Positions 52,949 through 63,685 of a DNA stretch of 64,000 nucleotides are shown here, one piece after another. The stretch spans positions 128,001 through 192,000 of the forward strand of contig CBDFFH010000002.1 in NCBI GenBank assembly GCA_965246715.1, written 5' to 3'. The position numbers and the translations under genes were made by a program. The DNA comes from Chamaesiphon sp. (GTDB lineage: Bacteria > Cyanobacteriota > Cyanobacteriia > Cyanobacteriales > Chamaesiphonaceae). Position 1 is the first letter of the stretch, and every line of letters begins with the position of its first letter. The notes beneath the pieces are model-generated. The model did not search any database. It worked only from the letters and a program-made list of their open reading frames with translations, and was not told where the DNA came from.

Positions 52949-52990
52949 GTAACAAAAACTACCATTCTAAGGATAGCATTCCCGTAGCTT
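52949..52990 (+). promoter_or_regulatory. NtcA-activated promoter of nrtP-narB
   Basis: GTAACAAAAACTAC (GTA-N8-TAC) at 52949-52962, 22-nt spacer, TAGCTT (TAN3T) at 52985-52990. Confidence 0.85.
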
Positions 52991-53072
52991 AGGTGTACTG
53001 AGATGCATTAGCCAGTTCGCGCAACTGCCTAATGCATCTCATCGATCGGCGTACAATTTTGGTTACAGCCTT

Positions 53073-54575
53073 ATGCTAAAGGGATTACTTTCGTTTAAAG
53101 GTTCATATCGAACCTTACACCTCACCTGGTTCGCTTTTTTTCTCACCTTCGTATGTTGGTTTAACTTTGCACCGTTTGCATCAGTCATTGGCAAAGAGCT
53201 ACATCTAGATGAGTCGCAAATCAAAACGCTCCTAATTTGCAACCTCGCAATTACGATTCCCGCACGGATTATCATTGGTGCATTACTCGATCGATATGGC
53301 CCCCGCATCACCTACTCGATCCTACTGATGTTTGCGATCGTCCCCTGTATTGCTACGGCTGTAGCCCAAGATTTTAACCAAATGGTGATCGCCCGTCTGC
53401 TGATGGGGATCGTCGGTTCTGGCTTCGTATTGGGAATTCGGATGGTTTCCGAGTGGTTCCCTCCCAAAGATATCGGCATGGCTCAGGGGATCTATGGCGG
53501 TTGGGGTAACTTCGGAGCCTTTGGTGCAGAATTTGCCTTACCAATCATTGCTACTAGTACAGCCTTTTTGGCTGGTGGTGCTACCAATTGGAGACTAACG
53601 ATCGTCTTAACTGGTGTAATTGCCGCGATCTACGGCGTAGTTTACTTTAATAGTGTCACCGATACGCCCCCTGGCAAAGAATACAAGCGTCCTAAGAAAT
53701 ACGGTGCGATGGAAGTCACCAGAGCCAGAGACTTCTTCGGCTTGTTAATTATGAACTTCGGGCTGATTTTTGCCTTGGGATTATTGGCATGGCGGTTGGC
53801 GCAACCGAAACTGCACTTCCTCAATCCTGGGCAGATGTATTTTATCTGGTTCGTACTCGCCGCTCTATATGCCTACCAAACTTATCAAGCTTGGTTAGTT
53901 AATCGCGATGTCGTGCTCGGCAAAAAACAATTTGCACCTGCCGAACGTTATGAATTCAGTCAAGTTGCTCTATTGCAACTTACTTATATCACCAACTTTG
54001 GTTCCGAACTAGCTGCTGTCTCGATGTTACCAGTTTTCTTTGAGAAAACCTTTGGCCTCCAACACGCCGCAGCGGCGATGATTGCGGCTACCTATCCCTT
54101 CCTCAACCTCTTTTCTCGTCCCACTGGTGGTTTTATCTCCGATAAATTCGGCAGTCGCAAATGGACGATGACGATTGTCTCGGGTTTGATTGGGGTGGGC
54201 TATCTTGCCGCTCATCAAATTAATAGTAGCTGGGCGTTACCTGTCGCGGTGGCGGTGACGATGTTTGCCGCCCTCTTCGCGCAAGCTGGTTGCGGTGGTA
54301 CCTATGCGATCGTACCGTTAATCAAGAAAGAAATTACCGGACAAGTCGCAGGTAATGTCGGGGCTTACGGCAACTTTGGCGGTGTTGTCTATCTGACAAT
54401 TTTCAGCTTGACTGATGCACCGACACTATTTGCGGCGATGGGTATGGGTGCGCTGATCTGTGCCTTCCTCTGTGCCTTCTTCCTCAAAGAACCCCGCAAT
54501 TCCTTTGGATTGGAGAATGAGCCTGAAGATCAACTCATTCCGATTCCTAGCAGTGAATTTGGAATGCGCGAGTAG
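53073..54575 (+). CDS. nrtP: Nitrate/nitrite MFS permease (NarK family)
   Basis: LHLTWFAFFLTFVCWFN, GGWGNFG, NFGSELAAVSMLP and GAYGNFG; upstream of narB. Confidence 0.93.
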   Translation: MLKGLLSFKGSYRTLHLTWFAFFLTFVCWFNFAPFASVIGKELHLDESQIKTLLICNLAITIPARIIIGALLDRYGPRITYSILLMFAIVPCIATAVAQDFNQMVIARLLMGIVGSGFVLGIRMVSEWFPPKDIGMAQGIYGGWGNFGAFGAEFALPIIATSTAFLAGGATNWRLTIVLTGVIAAIYGVVYFNSVTDTPPGKEYKRPKKYGAMEVTRARDFFGLLIMNFGLIFALGLLAWRLAQPKLHFLNPGQMYFIWFVLAALYAYQTYQAWLVNRDVVLGKKQFAPAERYEFSQVALLQLTYITNFGSELAAVSMLPVFFEKTFGLQHAAAAMIAATYPFLNLFSRPTGGFISDKFGSRKWTMTIVSGLIGVGYLAAHQINSSWALPVAVAVTMFAALFAQAGCGGTYAIVPLIKKEITGQVAGNVGAYGNFGGVVYLTIFSLTDAPTLFAAMGMGALICAFLCAFFLKEPRNSFGLENEPEDQLIPIPSSEFGMRE

Positions 54576-55194
54576 AATCGGCGAAGTTTTAATGCTGGAG
54601 AGTAATTACTCTAGAGGCGGGCGAGATCTAGATCTTATCCGCCTCTATCGATCTAGAATTCATTGCGGATTTTTTCCAGCGCAAGAGCGGAGAAAGTTGA
54701 TGCCAAAATACTATAGGCAGGGTACGAGCGACAGGGTATTTAGTATTCTCAAATACAGAATATCTCAGCCAAGATCGGTACCGTGCAAATTGAGCGATCG
54801 AACGATCGCAACCCCGATGTACGCTCACAGTAATTTAAAGTAATTCAGTAGCTGAGTGTAAGCTCAAATATAGATGGTAAAAAGTGTCCATCTTCCACAG
54901 CTAATAATCCAAAATCCGGTTTGCAATTTGTCGGCGAGCCGACCACTAGCTTTGTACGTCTGGTTCCCCTTGGATGGGGAACCTTCCAGAACGACGAGAA
55001 GCGTTGGGGTAAGCGCAAAGCGCAGCGTTTGCCTTAGCAAAAGCCTGCCATAGATCTGGAGGTTGGGCTGAACAATGAAACTAGGGCAGCCGTAACCAAA
55101 ATCGGTTTCATCCATTAGACGACATTGATGTCGGTTTAGATGCCCAATACCCGATCCGTACACTGCAAAATCCAAAACTCAAAATCCACCAACT

Positions 55195-57390
55195 ATGACT
55201 GACACAATCAAAACACTTTGCCCCTATTGTGGTGTCGGCTGTGGGTTAGAGGCTTCACCTCCCGCCCAACCAGGAAAATCGATTTATCGGGATAGCAGTG
55301 GTACGCCGATTTGGAAAGTGATGGGAGATAAATCTCACCCGTCTAGTCAGGGGATGGTCTGTGTCAAAGGGGCAACGATTAGCGAATCACTCTACAAAGA
55401 TCGGTTAACGCACCCGATGGTCAGGGAGAGTTTGGACAAACCATTCGTGCGTGCGAGTTGGGATGAAGCCTATCGCCGAATTGTCGAACGGATGCAAACT
55501 GTCATCGAGACGCAAGGTGCCGATGGGATCTGTATGTATGGCTCGGGGCAGTTTCAGACCGAGGATTACTATATCGCCCAAAAACTACTCAAGGGTTGTC
55601 TGGGTACGAATAATTTTGATGCGAATTCGCGGCTGTGCATGTCTTCGGCGGTATCTGGCTATATCCAGAGTTTCGGTGCCGATGGCCCACCTTGCTGTTA
55701 TGACGATATCGAACAAACCGATTTTGCGTTTCTGATCGGGACGAATACCGCCGAATGTCACCCGATTTTATTCAATCGGCTGCGGAAATATCATAAACAA
55801 CACGATCGGGTGAAAATGGTCGTAGTCGATCCGCGACGGACAGCAACAGCCGAAGCCGCAGATCTCCATCTGGCGATTACGCCGGGGACGGACATCGACT
55901 TATTAAATGGGATTGCTTACTTACTCCTGCGCGCGGGTAAAATCGACCAGCAATTTATCGAATCCTGTACTAGCAACTTTGCCGCCTTTGCCGAAGTTAT
56001 CCAACACTATCCCCCAGCTGTCGTCTCCGCAAAATGTGGCATCTCCGAAGCAGATTTAGAAAAGACCGCCAAATGGTGGGGCGCTGCAAACAACGTCTTG
56101 TCACTGTGGTCGATGGGGGTGAATCAGTCTAGCGAAGGTACTGCCAAAGTTCGGCATATTATCAATCTCCACCTGATGACTCGCCAAATCGGGAGACCAG
56201 GAGCGGGGCCATTTTCTCTAACCGGACAGCCGAACGCGATGGGCGGACGCGAAGCAGGTGGACTCAGTCATATCCTTCCTGGCTACCGCCTCGTCAAAAA
56301 TCCCGCCCAACGTGCCGAACTTGAAGAGTTGTGGGGTTTGGCACCAGGACAAATCTCCCCCAACACTGGCAAAACTGCCTGGGAGATGATTACCGGTATG
56401 GAAACAGAATCGGTGGGCTTGTTGTGGATTGCCGCCACCAATCCGGCCGTAAGTATGCCCGACTTAGAGCGAACGAAAGCGGCGCTGGCGCGATCGCCAT
56501 TTACGGTTTATCAGGATGCCTACTATCCCACCGAAACATCGAAATACGCTCACATCCTCCTCCCTGCCGCCCAATGGAGCGAGAAAACTGGAGTGATGAC
56601 TAATTCCGAGCGCACCGTCACGCTCTGTCCCACCTTTAGAAGTCCACCTGGGGAAGCGAAAGCCGATTGGGAAATCTTTGCCGAAGTCGGACGGCGCATG
56701 GGTTTTGCCAAACAGTTTTCATTCAATAACAGTGCAGAAGTTTACGCCGAATTTGCGCGACTCAGTCAAGGTCGCCCCTGTGATGTCACGGGACTGAGCC
56801 ATCAAGTCCTCAAAGATAACGGCCCCATCCAATGGCCCCATCCGACTGGCTGTAAGACTAAATATGGGAAACGGCTCTATACAGATCTGCAATTCCATCA
56901 TCCCGACAAACGCGCCAAATTTGCCGCCTGTCACTCCAAAGGATTGGCAGAGCCTCCCGATCCAAATTTCCCGTTCGTGCTGACCACCGGGCGACTATAC
57001 GGTCACTGGCACACTTTGACGCGAACCGGACGCATCCCCAAAATTCAACAGATGCATCCCGAACCCTTTATCGAAATTCATCCCCGCGATGCCTCACGGC
57101 TGCAAATCGAGCAGGGGGATTGGGTGGAAGTGCGATCGCGTCGCGGGACAGGGCGGTTTCCGGCGCTGGTGACATCAGCGATTAACCGAGGGACGGTATT
57201 CGTCCCCATGCACTGGGGCGATTTGTGGGCGAAGGATGCCGCCGCAAATACGTTTACGCACCCCGCAGCTTGTCCAGATTCGCTCCAGCCAGAATTGAAA
57301 GCTTGCGCCGTGCAATTATTTCCAGTTAAATTTATCGGACTTACATCGGAAAAATTCAAATCAGCTCAATTAATCGAAGCACCCCGTTGA
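55195..57390 (+). CDS. narB: Ferredoxin-nitrate reductase
   Basis: [29 protein letters not shown] and QPELKACAV. Confidence 0.95.
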   Translation: MTDTIKTLCPYCGVGCGLEASPPAQPGKSIYRDSSGTPIWKVMGDKSHPSSQGMVCVKGATISESLYKDRLTHPMVRESLDKPFVRASWDEAYRRIVERMQTVIETQGADGICMYGSGQFQTEDYYIAQKLLKGCLGTNNFDANSRLCMSSAVSGYIQSFGADGPPCCYDDIEQTDFAFLIGTNTAECHPILFNRLRKYHKQHDRVKMVVVDPRRTATAEAADLHLAITPGTDIDLLNGIAYLLLRAGKIDQQFIESCTSNFAAFAEVIQHYPPAVVSAKCGISEADLEKTAKWWGAANNVLSLWSMGVNQSSEGTAKVRHIINLHLMTRQIGRPGAGPFSLTGQPNAMGGREAGGLSHILPGYRLVKNPAQRAELEELWGLAPGQISPNTGKTAWEMITGMETESVGLLWIAATNPAVSMPDLERTKAALARSPFTVYQDAYYPTETSKYAHILLPAAQWSEKTGVMTNSERTVTLCPTFRSPPGEAKADWEIFAEVGRRMGFAKQFSFNNSAEVYAEFARLSQGRPCDVTGLSHQVLKDNGPIQWPHPTGCKTKYGKRLYTDLQFHHPDKRAKFAACHSKGLAEPPDPNFPFVLTTGRLYGHWHTLTRTGRIPKIQQMHPEPFIEIHPRDASRLQIEQGDWVEVRSRRGTGRFPALVTSAINRGTVFVPMHWGDLWAKDAAANTFTHPAACPDSLQPELKACAVQLFPVKFIGLTSEKFKSAQLIEAPR

Positions 57391-57404
57391 ATAGGGCTTT
57401 GACA

Positions 57405-59621
57405 TCAGTTTTGCTCGTGCAGATCGATCGAATGTCGATCGATCTGTTCCAGATGTTTGGCCCACATTTCCTGATAGGCTTGTTCCATGTCGATCGTAAA
57501 TTGTTTGGCATTCCAGACAGGTGCAGTCTGACGACCAGATCTCAACTTTTCTCGAACTTGCATTCTTAACTCTCGATCGAGTCCCAATTTAATGCCCCAA
57601 TCGATATATTCTTGCTGATTCCAGGCAATTCCTTCACTAATCCCCGCATTGAGCATAAACGTGTAGCTATTGCGCGCTGCAAATTGCTGCCCTACCTGCG
57701 TTACCATCGGGATCCCCAGCCAGAGCGTTTCCAATGTTGTAGTGGCACCATTGTAGGGGAAAGTATCGAGCACGATATCGGCGATCGCTAAATTAGCACG
57801 GTGGGTATATTCATCTGCCACATTCCCCAAAAAGCGTAACCGATCGAATTCGATGCCTTCCTCAGCCGCAATTTTACCAAAAAATTCCTCAATAATCGTC
57901 GGATCTGTATCTCCTTTAATCAGAAAATAGCTACCAGGTACAGATTTAATAATCCGCATCTGAGCGCGAACTGTATCGGGATGGCGCTTATGTCCTCGTT
58001 GTCCGCTCCAGTAAATTATCGCATCGCCAGGAATCCCTAAACTTCTACGGCTAATTGTGGGCGTACCGACCTCAAAACCTGCTACTGACAGATAACACTG
58101 AGGTAGTCGCCAGATTTTTTCCTGATAATAATCTTGAGCATTAGCTGGTAACACATATCGATCGGCAATAAAATAATCGACAGTTGGTAAACCAGTAGCA
58201 TCCCATCCCAACCAACTGACTTGAACTGGGGCAGGTTTGGCCGCTAAGATACTGCAAGTAGTATCTAACGTGAGACTATCGAGATCGATGAGAATATCTA
58301 TTTCATCAGCACTAATTTGGGCGCTAATCTCAGCAGCATCTCGACCGAAACAATAGCTCACATCCGATCGATCGCGAAACCACGTTTGGTAGAACGGATC
58401 TTCCGAATTTTGATTGATACAGTAAGTAAAAATTTGAAATTTCTCGCGATCGTGATATCGAAATAACCAACGGCTCAGCCAGCCAACAGAATGACTTCTT
58501 AGTGTCGATGCCAAGTAACCGATTCTGATAATTTCCAAGCGTTTGACTACAGATGATGGTGCGATCGATCGATCTGGTAAGCGATATTGAATCGATTGGA
58601 GATATTTTTTAGCAATCTGATTTTGAAGCGATCGAAAATATTTGGGTCGATCGGTCAGACAAGCAATAAAAACTGCAGCAACGATGATGAGCTGATTTGT
58701 ATTTGCAAGTAATAGTTCGTCTTGTCGATCGACCAATTCTGACAGTAAGCGATAGTGTCGATCGATAATTTCATCTGCATTGAGCCAGTCGCCAGAACTG
58801 AGGGTAGCTCTGATAATTGTATTGTTAGTAACGATCTTACTAATTAAATTATCGCACAGCTCGTAAGCATGGGTGCAGCTCTTAAGAGCTTGCTTATAGT
58901 CGCGTGTATTGCAATATAATCTCGATAGAGCGTTGAGAGTTGCAATATTATGGGGCTGCACTGCCAAACATTTCTCTAAAACTTCAATAAAAAATGTTTT
59001 ACTACCAAATTGATGTTCTAATGCCAATACTGCATCGATAACTGTAGCGATCGATTCAGTTTGGTACTCAGTCAAATAAACTAAACATTGCCAGATAAAC
59101 TCACGAACTTCTATTGATGGGTAATACAATATTGAAGCTAGCAGGTTAGCCAACAGCTGGCGATCGACATCCCGATCTGCTGCATTTTCCAGCACAGCGA
59201 CAGCATCGAGATCTGACAAAGTTTCTGGAATGAATCTCTCCAACTTAATTTCTAATAATATCGAACGTAATAAGTTATTTACATGAGCAGCATCTATCTC
59301 GCGCAAGTACTGACAGATCGGCCAAACATCATCGAGGCAATCTTGGGCGAGTTTTTCAGTGGCAATCCGATCGAGCGTGCCAGCCAGATCGTGAGTCAAA
59401 GCTTCTATATCTGCCGAATCGCTCTCAAAGGGAATAAACCAAGTTGCTTGAGCGTCTACTTCCCGTTCTTGAAGGAGATAGGCAATACCGAGATACCAAT
59501 AATTGAGATTAGATTCGTCACCCCGGTCGATTATCATCTCATAATACTCGATCGTTTGCTCTAAGATATCGGTATCGAACTGACGATCGATCGAGCTTTG
59601 AGGTAGATGTAAAACTTGCAT
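57405..59621 (-). CDS. SPINDLY-family O-GlcNAc transferase (GT41), copy 2
   Basis: RIGYLASTLRSHSVG, IDILIDLD, PAPVQVSWLG and LDTFPYNGATTTLETLWLG; TPR-like N-terminus. Confidence 0.88.
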   Translation of the reverse strand: MQVLHLPQSSIDRQFDTDILEQTIEYYEMIIDRGDESNLNYWYLGIAYLLQEREVDAQATWFIPFESDSADIEALTHDLAGTLDRIATEKLAQDCLDDVWPICQYLREIDAAHVNNLLRSILLEIKLERFIPETLSDLDAVAVLENAADRDVDRQLLANLLASILYYPSIEVREFIWQCLVYLTEYQTESIATVIDAVLALEHQFGSKTFFIEVLEKCLAVQPHNIATLNALSRLYCNTRDYKQALKSCTHAYELCDNLISKIVTNNTIIRATLSSGDWLNADEIIDRHYRLLSELVDRQDELLLANTNQLIIVAAVFIACLTDRPKYFRSLQNQIAKKYLQSIQYRLPDRSIAPSSVVKRLEIIRIGYLASTLRSHSVGWLSRWLFRYHDREKFQIFTYCINQNSEDPFYQTWFRDRSDVSYCFGRDAAEISAQISADEIDILIDLDSLTLDTTCSILAAKPAPVQVSWLGWDATGLPTVDYFIADRYVLPANAQDYYQEKIWRLPQCYLSVAGFEVGTPTISRRSLGIPGDAIIYWSGQRGHKRHPDTVRAQMRIIKSVPGSYFLIKGDTDPTIIEEFFGKIAAEEGIEFDRLRFLGNVADEYTHRANLAIADIVLDTFPYNGATTTLETLWLGIPMVTQVGQQFAARNSYTFMLNAGISEGIAWNQQEYIDWGIKLGLDRELRMQVREKLRSGRQTAPVWNAKQFTIDMEQAYQEMWAKHLEQIDRHSIDLHEQN

Positions 59622-59626
59622 ATAAT

Positions 59627-61843
59627 TTAGTTGTTATTGTAGCGATTGCTTGGATGAAATTGAGTTTCCGCTTGATATTTTGCCCACATTTCTCGATATG
59701 CTTGCTCCATGTCAAGAGTAAATTGTCGAGCATTCCAAACTGGGGCAGTTTGTCGCCCCGCACGCAATTTTTCGCGAATTTCCATCCGAAGTTTTGGAGC
59801 GAGTCCCAATCTAATGCCCCACTCAATATATTCCTGTTGATTCCAGGCAATTCCTTCTTCAATTCCGGCGTTAAGCATGAACGTATAACTATTTCGCGAC
59901 GCAAATTGTTGTCCTACTTGAGTCACCATCGGAATTCCCATCCATAGAGTTTCCAGGGTAGTAGTGGCACCATTATACGGAAAGGTATCGAGAACTACAT
60001 CTGCGATTGTCAGATTAGCACGGTGTGTATATTCATCAGCAACAGTTTCTAAAAATTTCAATCTTTCTAGATCTACACCTTCTTCCCTACAAATTCTGCC
60101 AAACAAATTGCGAATTATCTCTGGATCGCTTTTACCTTTGATTAATAAATAACTGTTTGGCACCGCTTTAATAATACGGATCTGACAGCGAATATTATCT
60201 GGATGACGTTTGTATCCACTCTGGCTGCTAAAATACACTACAGCATCGACAGGAATATTTAGCTCTTGACGAGTGAGAGTTGGTACCCCAACTTCAAATC
60301 CATCTACGGCAACATAGGTTTGAGGAAGTCGCCAGAGCTGTTCTTGATAATATTCGCTAGCATCATCTGGAACTACATAAGGATCGACAATAAAGTAATC
60401 GATCGCAGGTAAACCTGTTGCATCCAGACCCAACCATGTTGCTTGAACTGGAGCTGGCTTACATGCCATTACCAAACAGCTAAAGTCGAATGTCAGACTG
60501 TCTAAATCGATCAAAATATCGATCTTATCTGTCCTAATTTGGGCGACTATCTCTTGATAGTTGATATCAAAGTAGTAGCTAACATCTGCCTTGTCTCGAA
60601 ACCATTGATGATTGAAAGGATCGTTTGGATGTTGATTGACGCAATAAATATAAACTTCAAAATATTGTCGATCGTGATGGTGAAATAACCATCGACTCAA
60701 CCACCCAACAGAATGGACTTTCAGAGTAGAAGCTAGATAACCGATCCGGATAGAACTTGTCTTCTTGGGTAGCGGTGGAGACAATTGATATTTAAATGTC
60801 GATTTAAATAGAGACGGGATAACTTGTTGTTGATAAAAAGCTGCTAGTTTATTCTGTAGGATTCGATCGATGCGAGGATTGTCATCGATATAAAAGCTAT
60901 AATATGAAGTAACTATTAATTGATGTGAAGTATCGGAAGCTGCCTGTAAATCAGCGATCGTAAGATTTTCGAGTAGGTAACGATGCCGATCGATTCTTTC
61001 TTCATAGCTATCCCAATTTCCAGCTATGAGATTTGCCCCTTGAATTAAATAACTTGAAAACAATAGATCGATAGAATTGGAGGCGAGCTGTGCGTAACTT
61101 TCAGCAGTGGCTATCGCTTTTGTAGATAGCCCGATTGCAGAATATAATTTTGATAAAAATTGAATAATATCTAGATCGTTTGGAGAAAAATATAAACAAA
61201 TCTCTACTAGACCTACAGCAAATGTCCCTTGCTTGTATCGATGAAATAGCTCGAAGGCATTAATTATTAATCTAGAGACAACTTGTATTTGTGTATCTCC
61301 TAACAAACGTAAGCAAGCATCGATCGATTTTAAGCTTAGTTCTGTATGTAGTTTATGCGCTAAAATTGAAGTGGTTTCTGCTACTAATTCTTCACTAATT
61401 ATGCAGGCTGTCGTATCTTCTAATAATTCCACTAATTGAAAATTTATTAAATCTTCATCTACTAATCGATCGAGCTGTGCTGTTAAAACAATCGACTTAA
61501 ATATATTTTCTAATAAATCTGGTTTTAGTACCCAAATATAGTGACGAATCGACCAAGCATTCTCTAAATCCGAGATCTCGGCTCGATGGTTTGCTTCTCG
61601 ATCTAGGATCGCTATTAGTTCTTCAGTATATCGCTCTGTTTCTAGCTCGTTTGCATCTGCAAACGGCACAAACCAAGTGGTTATAACTTCTTCTTCTCTA
61701 CCTAATAATAAATAGCTCAGCCCCAAATACCAATAGTTACCGATGGTCGTCGGTTTATTTGCAATCTCCGCTTCGTAAAATTCACATGACTGAACTGCTA
61801 TCCTTGGAGTAGTCAAGTTATGAGTAATTGTAGATATTGTCAT
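59627..61843 (-). CDS. SPINDLY-family O-GlcNAc transferase (GT41), copy 1
   Basis: Same motifs as 57405-59621; also 738 aa. Confidence 0.88.
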   Translation of the reverse strand: MTISTITHNLTTPRIAVQSCEFYEAEIANKPTTIGNYWYLGLSYLLLGREEEVITTWFVPFADANELETERYTEELIAILDREANHRAEISDLENAWSIRHYIWVLKPDLLENIFKSIVLTAQLDRLVDEDLINFQLVELLEDTTACIISEELVAETTSILAHKLHTELSLKSIDACLRLLGDTQIQVVSRLIINAFELFHRYKQGTFAVGLVEICLYFSPNDLDIIQFLSKLYSAIGLSTKAIATAESYAQLASNSIDLLFSSYLIQGANLIAGNWDSYEERIDRHRYLLENLTIADLQAASDTSHQLIVTSYYSFYIDDNPRIDRILQNKLAAFYQQQVIPSLFKSTFKYQLSPPLPKKTSSIRIGYLASTLKVHSVGWLSRWLFHHHDRQYFEVYIYCVNQHPNDPFNHQWFRDKADVSYYFDINYQEIVAQIRTDKIDILIDLDSLTFDFSCLVMACKPAPVQATWLGLDATGLPAIDYFIVDPYVVPDDASEYYQEQLWRLPQTYVAVDGFEVGVPTLTRQELNIPVDAVVYFSSQSGYKRHPDNIRCQIRIIKAVPNSYLLIKGKSDPEIIRNLFGRICREEGVDLERLKFLETVADEYTHRANLTIADVVLDTFPYNGATTTLETLWMGIPMVTQVGQQFASRNSYTFMLNAGIEEGIAWNQQEYIEWGIRLGLAPKLRMEIREKLRAGRQTAPVWNARQFTLDMEQAYREMWAKYQAETQFHPSNRYNNN

Positions 61844-62008
61844 GAGTGAATATCGATCGGATGGTAGATCGTATTCCAGTATATTGAACCTAGATAGATT
61901 TCAAATCAGTGCAAATACTTATAGATAATTTTCGCTCGCTCGCTCGCCCAGTAATTACACTAATTTGCTGTCTCAGGCAATAGAGATCGAATTTAACAAT
62001 AAATTGTG

Positions 62009-62542
62009 CTACAACGCGATATATGGGGCAGTGCAAGTAGACGCAGCATTGGTAGGGGTGATAGGTGTAGTAGGAGCTGAAGTTCCAGGAGTCGCCGCTT
62101 CACACAAGACTGTCGAAACTGCGGCTAGATTAACAGAATTGATATACCGATTGGCAGCACCACTGTATCCTTTGCCAGAAGAATCATTAGATTGAGCGAG
62201 AATAGTGGCATTGTCAGTCGTACCATTCAAAGTGTAATTATAATACTTGGTGCTAGCTGTCGTGCTACCTGAAATATTACCGATCGCTATTTGATCGAAT
62301 GTACTAGCAAATTGGCTGTTTTGAGACCGATAAACATTTTGAACGCGATTACTCGCACCAATAATTTGTTTAGCTTCAGACTGTTTCGCTTTAGCAGATT
62401 GGTTGAGGAAGCTGGGTAGTGCTATTGCTGCTAAGATGCCGACGATAATAATTACCACTAAAAGCTCTACAAGGGTAAACCCTTGTTTGTGTCGATCGTG
62501 GTTGAGGTATTGGATAAATTTGGCTTTGAGTTCGGTTCTCAT
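62009..62542 (-). CDS. pilA: Type IV pilin
   Basis: MRTELKAKF..QG|FTLVELLVVIIIVGILAAIALPSFL; C-terminal Cys pair. Confidence 0.9.
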   Translation of the reverse strand: MRTELKAKFIQYLNHDRHKQGFTLVELLVVIIIVGILAAIALPSFLNQSAKAKQSEAKQIIGASNRVQNVYRSQNSQFASTFDQIAIGNISGSTTASTKYYNYTLNGTTDNATILAQSNDSSGKGYSGAANRYINSVNLAAVSTVLCEAATPGTSAPTTPITPTNAASTCTAPYIAL

Positions 62543-62596
62543 GTTCGTTATTCGGATTGAAATTTGTGAGAAATAGGAGTCGGTAGTTATCCCTAT

Positions 62597-62603
62597 CTTA
62601 CCC
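62597..62603 (-). promoter_or_regulatory. SigF-type promoter element
   Basis: GGGTAAG on the - strand ~55 nt upstream of the pilin ATG. Confidence 0.6.
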
Positions 62604-62664
62604 AAACATTGACGATTGTCTATCATCTATATCGATAATTAACTCGAAATTTGTATGAGTTTTC

Positions 62665-62711
62665 TACGAAAAAGCACCACGATCGAAGTGAGATCGTGGT
62701 GCTTTTTCGTA
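62665..62711. terminator. Terminator hairpin between the pilin genes
   Basis: TACGAAAAAGCACCACGATC-7nt-GATCGTGGTGCTTTTTCGTA. Confidence 0.8.
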
Positions 62712-62765
62712 ACATTATTAATTTGTAAATCGATATTTAACTTACCGATTAATTAAGCTATACTA

Positions 62766-63323
62766 TTACAGCTTGACGGGAGCGGTACCAGGACAAGTAG
62801 CTTCAGCGGTAGTGGTAGCAGTAAAAGTACCAGGATCCGTAGTATCAGGAGCGGTTCTTTCGCAGACAAGAGAAGAAATTACAGGTAAGCTAGAAGAGTT
62901 AGTGTAACGGTTGCTACCACCAGTATATCCTTTAGTCGCACTATCCAGTGAAACAGCTTTGAGTGTTGCACTATCTTGAGTACCGTTCATGGTATAACTA
63001 TAGTACTTTGTAGTAGCAGTTGTACTACCCGACAGAACACCCATTGCTAATGCGTCGAAACTAGTAGCAAAAGTATTGGAACCTACAGCACCATTGCCAT
63101 CACCACCACGGAAGGAAGTTTGTAGACGGTTGAAAGTACCGATGTTTTGTTTAGCTTCGGATTGTTTTGCTTTAGCAGATTGGTTGAGGAAACTAGGCAG
63201 AGCGATCGCAGCTAAAATACCGATGATGATGATAACAACTAACAATTCGACGAGAGTGAAACCTTTTTCGCTTTGTTTGCGGTTGAGGTGTTGGATAAAT
63301 TTAGCTTTTAGTTCGGTTCTCAT
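62766..63323 (-). CDS. pilA: Type IV pilin (probable major pilin)
   Basis: MRTELKAKF..KG|FTLVELLVVIIIIGILAAIALPSFL; GGAG RBS; own terminator. Confidence 0.92.
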   Translation of the reverse strand: MRTELKAKFIQHLNRKQSEKGFTLVELLVVIIIIGILAAIALPSFLNQSAKAKQSEAKQNIGTFNRLQTSFRGGDGNGAVGSNTFATSFDALAMGVLSGSTTATTKYYSYTMNGTQDSATLKAVSLDSATKGYTGGSNRYTNSSSLPVISSLVCERTAPDTTDPGTFTATTTAEATCPGTAPVKL

Positions 63324-63380
63324 TTTAAATATCTCCGGAAGGGTTAAGGGTTTGTTGTTTCGTTTGCTTCGTGTCCTCAG

Positions 63381-63387
63381 CTTACCC
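63381..63387 (-). promoter_or_regulatory. SigF-type promoter element
   Basis: GGGTAAG on the - strand ~58 nt upstream of the pilin ATG. Confidence 0.65.
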
Positions 63388-63685
63388 ACTTCTTTCAAAC
63401 TACCTATCACCCCTTTCAAAGTTTTTTTTAAATACCCTTTAAAAGATACGGTTATCCACCCTCAAACCTACTTCTCCAGCCAAAATACCGATCGAAATTA
63501 TTTTTTTAGGACGGTCGATATTGAAGATCGCGATCGCAAATTAAATGCGATCGCGATCGAGTTCTTAGTTACATATATGTGTTTTCTATATTTCTCGATC
63601 TCCCAGTGAAGATATTCGATCGACGACTCTAACTCTTAGCGCCCTCTTCGCAGCCGAAAGCAGCTAGGGGATGGGGAGAGGTCAT

